Positions 27,043 through 37,600 of a stretch of DNA of 43,470 nucleotides are shown here, one piece after another. The first letter of the stretch is position 1. Each line of letters starts with the position of its first letter. The DNA lies in the NCBI GenBank assembly GCA_000934665.2, contig KZ538912.1:1-43470 (forward strand). The letters are read 5' to 3'. Origin of the DNA: Catajapyx aquilonaris. Its lineage: Eukaryota. The translations under genes were made by a program, and so were the position numbers. The notes under the pieces are model-generated. The model worked only from the letters and a program-made list of their open reading frames with translations. It had not been told where the DNA came from and made no database searches.

Positions 27043-27960
27043 CATTATTCTATAATACCGGTACTGTAATAATAAAATACATAATAATAACTTAGTAGTA
27101 ATACAAAGTGGGCGTCCTTTCGTTTGTTTGTCCACATCATGTGACCAGCAGTGTCTCCAACAGGTTTCAGTGGTGCCACACACACACACACACACACCAT
27201 GGCTCAATTACCCCCCTCCCTTTTCCTCTCTCTCGATATGGGCAAAACCTTAATCCCTCCGTAAATGAAATTATAAAAGTGCCCTGTATTTTTTAAGGAT
27301 GTTTATGCAGTATCCTGTGTTTCCCCGAGAGAACAGGTGGTAGAGAGAGGGTATAGGGAAAGTAGATTAGAAGGCTGGATGGGTGGTAGGGGGATAGAGG
27401 CATGCACACAACTATAGAGAGAGAGGGAGGAAAAAGAGAGAAGGGCCTCCCCCAATTTGACCCTTCCTCGTTAGACCAAATGCAATCAAGCTGCAGGGAC
27501 CGTTGATGTGGACACTTTGGCTGCACGCGCCATTAGACCACACCCAACTTCCTCCATCTCTCTCTCTCTCTCTCTCGGGTTGTGTGTGTTTCCTCTTCCT
27601 CCAAGAAGATCCAGGCCAGGACCCAACCCCCTCGATTATTAATCCATTCATATCCGGTAGGCTGAGCTCTGGGAAATTCCTCTTTGTTTTGTTGCCCCCC
27701 CTCACAAGAATGGGTGAGATGACCTCTCCTGGCTTGGGGGGGGGGGNAAGTAGGGGGGCAAACAACACCTGGGGTCTCATAAGGAGGCTCAAATTGGACG
27801 GAGAATTCTTCGGAGGGAAAATTGCTTAAATGGGACTCCTGAATCTGCAACAACAAACTGTAAGTACACACCATTGTTGCCACGGCAAAACATATTTATG
27901 ATAAGGATGGTGACAATAAGTGGAGTTTTTTTTTAAAAGAAAAAAATTATTCATCGCATT

Positions 27961-28256
27961 GAAATTGCATGATTTGCGTCGCCTGTGCAATATGATCTTC
28001 GCCCAAAAGCTGCGCGCGCATCGTGTCTAAATGCAACTAATCGCGTCGACGTCACGTCGCACAGAAATTGCATCGCCTGTGCGTGATCGTCGCCCGAAAG
28101 CTGCGCGCGCATCGTGTCTAAATGCAACTAATCGCGTCGACGTCGCGTCGCACAGAAATTGCATCGCCTGTGCGATGTGATCGTCGCCCGAAAGCTGCGC
28201 GCGCATCGTGTCTCTAGATGCAACTAATCGCGTCGACGTCGCACAGAAATTGCATC
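27961..28256. repeat. CpG-rich ~91-bp tandem repeat x3
   Basis: GAAATTGCATCGCCTGTGCG..TGATCGTCGCCCGAAAGCTGCGCGCGCATCGTGTCTAAATGCAACTAATCGCGTCGACGTCGCGTCGCACA; units start at about 27961, 28064, 28155 and 28246. Confidence 0.9.
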
Positions 28257-28394
28257 ATTTGCGCTCTGCCTTACGACAAACTGTGCAACTCTTTTATAAG
28301 CATAATATAGTCCATTTAAAAAAATTGTTCTCATTATGAATTGTTTCAAAAAAAAATAATGTGTACATTTTGTGACAAAAACCTATAGTTGCAT

Positions 28395-28478
28395 ACCCTC
28401 TTACTTGAGAGGCCAGCATTATTGGCACTCCTGATGGTCACTCAGGAGTGCCAACGCTGCCTCTCAGGTTGAGAGGGT
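28395..28478. repeat. 84-bp imperfect palindrome/hairpin (mini-MITE-like)
   Basis: ACCCTCT..TGAGAGG.CAGC..TTGGCACTCCTGA-loop(TGGTCAC)-TCAGGAGTGCCAA..GCTGCCTCTCA..AGAGGGT. Confidence 0.75.
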
Positions 28479-30048
28479 CACGTGATTAAAAAATCCTCAA
28501 CAATAAATCTCAAGTGAAATGGACTTCAACTGTAGCAAAATTTGGCGGGCCAATTTCTGAACAAAATTTCGCGGAAACGTCCCCAGATGTCGGCATTGCT
28601 CGGAATGAATCGGTACTGTAAAAATGATACTGTACATTGATTTTTGAGCATGGAAAAATATTGTACAGGGTGCTCCAAAAAAAGTACATTTTCCCACTTT
28701 TGTAAGTTACTTGCCTAATATCATTTTTTACAAAAAAAATTACACACAGGAACTGGATATTACTTATTATTGTAACGGTCAACTTATTGCGGCTTCGGGT
28801 GCGACTTGATCCGTTGCTTTGGAAGATTGCGAAGGACGGCACATATGCAATGAGAGAGTATACCATACAGAGAGTACGAAGGACAAATCAGGTTTTCAAA
28901 TTATTGCAAGTGAGGTGCACTTGCAGGTGGGTTGGCAGATTAGCTTTTCCGTACATGGCATTTGCCTACATCAAACTGGTACTCACAGACACTGAGAGGT
29001 CATGATCCGAATAGTAAATATTTATAAAGGTGAATCCGCATGTATCTTCTGTTCCACATGCTATGTACATCAGACGGATTATATTACGTGAAGCATATAT
29101 GCACTTCACTCATTTCCATCATGTTGACTGGAATAAAATCAGGGGATTTTGAATCAATTACAAGGATTGGTGCTTTGTCCTTTATTCACAGTGTCAATCC
29201 ATTTTTGAAGCTGTGTCGTTACAAATCCGATTCCCAAAGTGTATGCCAGCTGCATTCGAGCGTACCCGGTGTTGCGATGCGCTGGAAACAAACAAATCCC
29301 CCTTAAGAAGTGGTTCACTGCATCATTCAAGTGCATTCATACATACCCATCAGACGAGATCTTGCAGACGACTAATGGAGAGCCTATTTTTCCTAAAGGC
29401 AAAACACCTACAGGGCTAACCAGAGGCCAGTCGCATATTGCATGAAAATACATGACGAGATATCCGCAATAACGAATCTCCCGCCGGGATGTCACAATTA
29501 AAATTTGCGCTTAACTCTAGCTGAATATTATGTAAAATATTTGACGGAGAAATTTACGGACAATAGTGCGCATTACATTTTGTAATGACGGACACTCATG
29601 TGATGTAAATCTCGGGATGAGCAGACAGCTACATGTTAATATAAATTGTGCGTTCATCGCAAAATGTAACGCAATATACAACTGGCCCAAAAAGGTGACT
29701 CGAACAAAACAAAAAAAAAAGTCCATTCGCCACTATTTTATTCCTTGAAAAGACTTTTCCGGGGGGGAACACTAAAACTGCATTTGTACTAAATATCAAT
29801 AAAACAACTGGAATGTAAATGGCAAAGCTCCAACAATAATACTCATATTTTTCTTTTTGGTAAATTCAGTTCCTTTTTAGTATAATATCATTTGTCCTAA
29901 AAACCGGCTAAATGCTGAATAATATGTAAACGTGCCGACTCATCAGTCAAAACTAAATTGGAACCAGTAGCAACGAAAAAAAGCTGCGGTTTTTTTGACT
30001 AGCTAGAAAAATGGACCTCTCTCTCTCATTTATCTCTCTCTCTGAAAG

Positions 30049-33000
30049 CTATTCTGGCATCGAAGCTTCGTGGCTAGGCTCTTCATTTACCTCGCCAGCC
30101 GTCCCGCTTTCCTCCGCCGCATCTTCCACCACGGTTGACGGGGTTGCCTCCAGGCTTGACGGTGGAGTTTGGCTTCTCCTCGACGTTATATCTGTAAGTA
30201 TTTCCTCCACCATGTCCGTCACATACTGCCGCACCTCCTCCGGGGCTTCCTCCTGGCGCTGCTGGCTCGACTTCGACCGGCTTCTGCTCGACAAAGCCAG
30301 CGATTTAGGACGCACCTGTCACAGAGGGCAAAAAACATGCACCACTATATACACAACTGAAACACAGACGCTAACAAAAATAAGAACAAACAAGCGAACG
30401 GAAAACATGCAGTACATTATTCTCCACCTGCAGGGTGTCCATCGCTCCGTCCGATGGCGGTACGGAGAATGGGAAGTGCTCGTCTTTTGGCGTCTGCACG
30501 GCCGTTATCATCGTCTGGATTGCAGCGGAGCATCGCTCTAAATACTGCTGCGGATTGGGCACCGGCAAGGTGTGACTCGACGGAGGTGCGGGAGACGGAC
30601 ACTGGCTGGTGAACTGTGCCATGCAGCCTAGGATGTGCTCGAATGAACCCTGCAGCTGCTGCACCTGCGTCTGCAGGATCGCACAGGTACGGCTCAGCTC
30701 GCTCACCGCGGCCTGCTCCTTCTCCCTTTCCTTCTCCCGCTCTCGGTCCCTCTCCCGTTCGCCGCTATCCGACGGTCCGGAGGTGCTCGGAGTCGGCATA
30801 GGAGGTTCGCTCATCTTCTGAAAGGAAAACGTTCTTGAAAAGGCTGGCATTTTGTAACAATCAAACGACTTATTTCCATACGAGGGGTCAGAGAATAATG
30901 TCCAGGTAGCGAAACTACAGACCTCCTTCCATATGGCACGGATGGCCTCCATTTGCAGCTTTCTGAGCTTCCTCTCGTTGTCCAGCTCCCCTTTGATGTG
31001 TTCCAGCTCCTTCATCAGATGCCGGATGTAGCTTTCGGCGCGGCTGTACCTCAGGTCCTCCAGGATCTTAACCACACGCGGATTCAGCCGCCTGGTCTGG
31101 TAGCCCCTCCAGCACTTTTGGATAACGGTGGCGGCTTTCGCCTCATTCGCCTTTCGCCGAACTTCAGGGGCAGGCTCGGCAGGAGGTGGCGGAGACTCAG
31201 ATTTGGCCGCCCTTGCCGTAGCTTCTCGAGCTGCCGCAGCCACCGCTTTACCTGCAAACAACCAGCGATTTAAGAGCGATTCAACCTGATTGTTCCACAT
31301 TACCTTCAAGGGTAAGTTTCCGTTCCTCCGCGATTCTCCGTATGCTCTCAAGCTTCTGGTTGAAGATGGCGTCACCGATGTCAGGCGACCCGGTGTCCTG
31401 TGGCGGTGGGGCAGGTGGTCTGCGGCGGGAGGGCAAAGGGGAAGCGGAGGGAGTGGTGCCGGTGAGAGGTGCGCCTATGCCACGGGGACGGAGAGTTGGA
31501 GAGCAGGAAGCAGGGGCAGTGTTGATGCGGCGGGTCTCAACGGCCACAATGGGTTTGCCGCATATTCGTGTGCCGCAGTGACGGGAAGATGAAGCAAGAG
31601 AGGCGGCTGGTCCTGCAGTAGGCGGCGGGATGCTGCGTGACATCTCCACATTCTGTAATGTAAATACGATTGTAAAATAAAACCGAGGGAGTACTTCCAT
31701 CGAACGTACCGCATCAGCACTCCTTTTCCGGGCCACAAGCGGCGACCTTGATGCGGCTATAAACCCTCCAAATATGAGATCATTTCTGGATGCCTTTGCT
31801 GGCTGCGGCTGCCCATTTCCGGCTCCTTCCCCTGACCCCTGACCTGCCCTGCATTTTGGTATCCCGTTCTGCTGACCTGCGTCCTTGGTGGCGCTGTTGG
31901 CAGGCGGGAATCGGTTGGATCTGGCTGCAACCGGGCAAAAGTCGGGGCTCATCATGGCTTCAGGGACAGGAACAAACTTGGTCGCAGCCTCTAAAGCAAT
32001 GCATGTGCTAATCCCTTCGTCGCTTATGTCCTGCATCACAAGGTCGCCAGGCTTTGACCTGCTGGCGACCGGTACTGACTGGAAGAGTGCTCCGTTGGTG
32101 ACCCTCTCTTCCTGTCCGGTCACACTCGCTCGGAGCATCTCCGGATCCAAGCTCTGCGACATGAGGGACGAAGTGGATGAGTTCAAATCCGAGTCCAGTC
32201 CTATGTCGTCCAAGTGGTGCGATGAGAGCGAGTCTGCGTCCATGCTGCGGGTCATGTCTGAGGCCGAGGCTGCACCAGACGCAATCCCATCACCTCCATA
32301 CAGTGTCGGAGGTAGTTCCACATTGTACGCCCCGGACGCCTCACACGACGAATTTGATCGTGACGACAATGGTCGTGGCGATGGTGTGAAGCCCTTCCGT
32401 CTGGCTATCTGGCGACGAAGCATTGGGGACAGCTTGGCCTCGCATGTCATTCGTGACGTCGACAATGCTGAGGTGGACACTGCGGCTGAGGTTGGGCGTG
32501 ACGGCTTTTCTTCCTCCTCTTCACTACCTGCAGATCGTTTAAAAGGGCAAATGAGCGGTACACTGATTTATTTCACACACCATTCATACCCTGTTTGGCC
32601 TGCTCTTCTCTAAGCTTGGTCTGATGCTCCTTTGCCTTGCTGAGAATCCGCATGAGCTTCTCGTCCTCCTCGTTACCCTGGTTTGAATCTTCCGCCGGAC
32701 AGAGCGGACATACAGTCGCCAGGTATTGTACTACAGCCTCGTGCTCACCAGGACGGAAGTGGCGACCTTTCCCTTGTGAGTACAACCACTCCGCTTTCAA
32801 ACTGAAATGAAAAATCACATTCGCAAGTCAACACACCAGATGCGGACAGATTCGCATGGACATTCACCTGTCTTTTGGTCCCACAATGAAGCCGTCCAAC
32901 ATCCGGAGGCTTAGACACCAGTTGATGACATACGGCCGATAGTCAAACCCACTGCGATTGAGTCAAGGCACTATTTCGTGTTGATGCAAATGAAAAATTA

Positions 33001-34142
33001 GTACACGAAAAGGATACACTGCTTGGCCAGTCATAATAACTGCGGGATTCCCAGCGATTGAAAAGTGCTCGAGCTGCGTTAGATGTGAGAGGAAGAAAAG
33101 CTCTGTAAGATCACATATCTCATTGTGCGAGAGGGTCAAGGTCACAAGGCTGGACGGCAGATAGATGTTGCAAAACTTGAGGGTTGAAATCTTGTTGCCG
33201 TGAAGCATCAGCTTCTGCAAATTAATTCGGGATTAATATCCGTCAGTTTGAAATTAATTTCAGCGAGCACTTACCTTGAGCGACTTGAGATGCGATACAT
33301 CCGAGATGTGCCCAATCGCGTTCTGTGAGAGGTCCAGGTACTCCAGGCGTACATTTGACGTCAAGTACTGAATATTCTGTAAAAAATGAAGCCGTGTCAT
33401 ATATTTGACCGCACTTTTCCAGTACCGGTAATAACCACCTTGATGTTGTTATCGGACAAATTAAGCCACGTGAGATGAACCAGATCTTTAAGTCCCTCGA
33501 TGCAGTTGATGCAATTTTTGGGCAGATTCAGCACCTGCAGCTGGTGCAGCCTCTGGACCCCCAGCATCCGCACGATCCTGTTGTTCGCTGCCGACAGTTT
33601 CAGTATGGACGCGTACGTGTCCAGGTTCTCCAGCCGTTGCAGCTCATTGTCGTCCACCACCAGGGTCACGAAAGGAGGCGACCCAGGCGCCAGGCGATCC
33701 AGCTTCTTCAGACCCTTTCGGGTCAGGTCAAGCGTCTCGTTCATGCCCTCCTGAGATTCTGGACCAGAATATTAATTAAATTTAAAAACTCTCTTTCCAT
33801 AGTTGTTACGGTTTGTTTTCTTCGCTTTCAACACAATGTTATTGTTGCCGACATGTAACTCGTATTTAGTTAAAATCACTGGACAGCTTCCAAAAAATGT
33901 GCCCCCGTTCAATACTTTGGAGCAAAAACATAATTTTTGGAACATGCCCAAAAAATTAATAAAATTCTTGCAGAGCTGTCACTTTTTTTTCTTCTTCTAT
34001 TTCTTTTTCAAAATTCGAATCTATCGAACACCAGCGTCCCATTAAAGAGTCATCTAAATGCCAGGCAGTTAATTACAAAATAGCCCCTAATTAAATCAAA
34101 AGAACAACTAAAATCAAAAGTGACATTACCTGAAGACGCCAT
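30049..34142 (-). CDS. CEP97: Centrosomal protein of 97 kDa (LRR + IQ motif), 11 coding exons, ~1026 aa
   Basis: Exons (minus): 34142-34130, 33758-33439, 33376-33275, 33214-33018, 32951-32868, 32801-32590, 32527-31710, 31652-31304, 31251-30923, 30817-30428, 30315-30049; total 3081 nt, frame continuous, all introns GT..AG. N-terminal leucine-rich repeats; CEP97-diagnostic segment [20 protein letters not shown]...[21 protein letters not shown]...[11 protein letters not shown] motif [16 protein letters not shown] followed by a coiled coil ([21 protein letters not shown]). Confidence 0.95.
32952..33017 (-). other. U12-type (minor spliceosome) GT-AG intron in CEP97, 66 nt
   Basis: 5' splice site GTATCCTTTT (U12 consensus RTATCCTTT); branch site TGCCTTGAC (consensus TTCCTTRAC) about 10 nt before the 3' CAG, with no polypyrimidine tract; splicing here joins ...GQAV to GFDYRPY in frame. 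Confidence 0.9.
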
Positions 34143-34673
34143 TTTGATATTTTCCACTTTTTTTTTGTTTTTTGTTCTTTCGTTCCATGCTTGTTGCCAG
34201 ACGCAAATTGTTCCAAAAATATCTATTACCATTGTTTTAAAACAACCAACCGATAATAATAACACTCAGAGTTCTAAAATCGATATTTTATAGTCAATAA
34301 TTTGTTATTAGTATCTCAAATCAATAATTTTTGTACCCATGTTGGCGACATTAGCTAGTATTAGCTACAACAAAGTGGGCAATATTAGCTGCACCGGTAT
34401 TAGCTTACAAATGCTTTTTATCGTGCTGCTGTTTAATTAGGACACAAAACTGTTAACACCGGATAATTGCAGTGCACCATTGCAATGTGTCATTATCTAG
34501 CGTCTACAGTTTTGGGCGGTTTTTTGGGGGTTCTAAAACACTGAATCGTGTAGCTGCTTCATTTCCAGCTAAATCGTAGCCGCTTTTTGTGTCCGCATGG
34601 CAGCTGCTGTGCTTGATTCGACCCCCTGTCCGTTTCCGGTTTTCGTGTGGAGCTCGTCTCGTGTGTTCCAAAG
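34143..34673. promoter_or_regulatory. Putative bidirectional promoter/5'UTR region between CEP97 and RPL24
   Basis: Divergent start codons with only 531 bp between them; pyrimidine-rich TCT/5'TOP-like stretch CCCCCTGTCCGTTTCCGGTTTTC at ~34622-34644 upstream of the RPL24 ATG; DRE-like ATCGATA at ~34279-34285. Confidence 0.65.
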
Positions 34674-37600
34674 ATGAAGTGAGTGTGCCTCTTTCCCTTA
34701 TTGAAAATCTGTCCGGATTCCCGTCATCCCGAGCCCATCCTTGCCTCGCCACCAGTGGAGATGGAACCTGAGGAGACTGACCGTTCGTTTCCATTTCGCT
34801 TTGCAGGGTCGGACTGTGCGCCTTCAGCGGATACAAGATCTACCCCGGTCGGGGGAAGACCATGGTCAAGGCTGATGGAAAGGCACGTATAAGACGCCGC
34901 CGCCTTTAATAGTAATTAAAATTACTAATTAAAATTTATTTGCAGACCTTCACTTTCCTGAACTCCAAGTGTGAGCTTTCCTTCAAGATGAAGCGCAACC
35001 CAAGGAAGGTCACCTGGACCGTCCTCTACAGGTACAATTGTCGGCTTAACCATTGCCGGTTGCACCAATTATAACCGGCAGTTTTATTTGTGGAAGTGGC
35101 GTAATGTGTTTTTAGTTGCATTATTGATCGCATCGTGGTACTAGCCGTGAAATGTGCAAATATAGGTTTTGTGGGCATGTGGCGGCAAGAATTTTGTGTG
35201 GAACATAAGGAGAGAAGGCAAAGAGGGTACAATGCAATGATGAACATTATCAACCTGTCAATCTCATGACAATTCCTTGATTATTAATGACCACTGAGCA
35301 TTGTTGCCTAGAACACATGAAGTCACAATGAATGTAGTTTATAGAGGGGCGAAACATGTATGCAGCTTAGGGATTGTAAACACGTCTGTCTCGAGAAGCA
35401 CTCGTATGTTAGTCGAATGAGGATGACATTTTGCGTTTTTATTCCCAGGCGTAAGCACAAGAAGAGCCGTGAGGTTGTGCAGCAGCGCAAGCGTACCCGC
35501 CGTGTCCAGAAGTTCCAGAGGGCCTATGTTGGTGCCACCTGGACAGACATCATGGCCAAGCGGTCAATGAAGCCTGAGGTCAGGAAGGCCCTGAGGGAAC
35601 AGGCCATCCGTGCCGCAAAGGAGAAGAAGAGGGCCTCCCAGGCACCGAAGAAGCCCGAGAAGGCACCTGCCGCAGCCACAAAGGTATTGCTCTTAACCCA
35701 ACCTTTACACTTCTAATCATCTTGAACTCGTGGGATTGTTATCAAGCTGAGACAGTTTCACTCTGTCTCGGGAAATGACTGACTTAGAGTTGATTTTTTA
35801 AGTAGGCCAGCGTTGCGAATAGTGATGCACTTTGGTATCTCCTCCAGTCCAAAGCTCATTGGATTGGTGGTCGTCATTATTGGGTGCTATATGAAATGCA
35901 GGATCATCGTTGAGGGCTTGGCCATATCAAGTGTCATTCTCTCAGGTTAAGACCTGCAACATTCTCACATCACAGAATTTACATGTTGAAGTGCTGTTGT
36001 TAGTTTAAAATATTTAATGGTTATTTTTTGTATGACAAAGTATCATGAGTTCTATTATGTATTGGGGAACTAGCCTTGGTCTGGGATCTGGGATTTTTGT
36101 TAATAACTAGCTAGCCCATGCCTGTAAACACACATTCCATCACTCTATTGCATCAAAATGACATTACTGGATAAATTACTGTATATTTAAAAGTGCCTTC
36201 AAAATTAGAGGGGAAAAACGGGGCAGCGGGTGGTGCCAATCGAAAGGGTACACTGAAATACCTGGTTGACTGCGATATATGAGGAATTTGACTTTGAATT
36301 ACCTGCGGACACGATGGAAAGCATTTGCAAGGCGACTGTAGGCCATCGAGGTGGAGAAAGGAGGCCTTTATGTGCCTAATTTGGGAGACAGATAATTCCG
36401 AGCTGCTGGCATCACTGACACGCACGAAGCGGTTTGAGCGGCTTAGAGTAAAAACTCGCCCGTTACCTGGCAACTAAGTAAACACTTGGACTGCTAAAAT
36501 GTCAAGTCGTGTCCAGCACAGTACAGTGCTGGACAAATTAGCCGTCGCTGAATGGTTTTATTTTCCGTCGGCGACGGCGCTGCATTTCCTGGCAACCCCG
36601 TCCGGCGGGCCAATTCAAACACCAGCACATGGAGAGTGCTTCGATTGTTGCCACTGTTTACAAATCGAGGGAGTGACGCGGACGACCCAGCGACGGGTCT
36701 CTTCTGCCTTCTTACACAGTATCTGCAGGGATACGCAGGAGAAAGCGGGAAAATAATGATGTTAGAAGCAAACCACGTTGGGAAAATATTATCCATGGAC
36801 TCAAAGAAAGGCCTTCGTCCACAGCACACGAAATATATTCCACCCCCGAGGAGGGCGTGTCAATTAAGATCAGGGGTGTGCTAATTGAAAGTGCGTCAAC
36901 TGGCGGAATCTTTCGGTTTTTGTGTCTTTTCCGCGTACTTCGACACCTCGAAGACGAATGGAGACCATGCCCCGTATGACAGACACCACGTCAGTCGCGA
37001 AATTTGTCCCCAAAGATATCTCAAAATGGCTTCCGCTGTTCCGCATATACCAGTACGTGTAGTTCGCATCATATTCGCACCAGGAAGAGATACACGACTA
37101 ACATGACACGTACAGGGGTTGGACACAATAATATGAACACCTGCAACAAGCGTTAGTTGTGTATCTCTTCCTGGCGCGAATATGACGTGAACGACACGTA
37201 CTCGTAGGCCTATATGCGGAACAGCGGAAGCCATTTTGAGATATGACGTCTTTGGGGACAAATTACGCGACTGACGTGGTGTCTGTCATACGGGGCATAG
37301 TCTCCATTCGTCTTCGAGGTGTCGAAGTACGCGGAAAAGACACAAAGACCGAAAGAATCCGCCAGTTGACGCACTTTCAATTAGCACACCCCTGATCTTA
37401 ATTGACACCTCCTCCTCGGGGGTGGAATATATTTCCTGTGCTGTGGACGAAGACCTTTCTTTGAGTCCAGGGATAATATTTTCCCAACATGGTTTGCTTC
37501 TAACATCATTATTTTCCCGTTTTCTCCTGCGTATCCCTGCAGATACTGTGTAAGCAGGCAGAAGAGACCCATCGCTGGGTCGTCCGCGTCACTCCCTCGA

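Noticed and set aside
27795..27815. TGGACGGAGAA resembling miR-184 (also miR-1-like TGGAATGTAAA at ~29809 and miR-10-like TACCCTGTA at ~12846)
   Set aside because: Matches stop after 9-11 nt and there is no precursor hairpin.
31252..31285. Alternative 34-nt CEP97 intron using the donor GTTGAA
   Set aside because: Too short; the upstream GTAATG donor (31303) gives a 52-nt intron in the same phase.
31885..32613. 242-aa plus-strand ORF and other plus-strand ORFs over 30-33.8 kb
   Set aside because: Antisense shadows of GC-rich CEP97 exons.
35115..35210. Possible H/ACA RNA in RPL24 intron 3
   Set aside because: No ANANNA H box after the first hairpin and a poor second stem.
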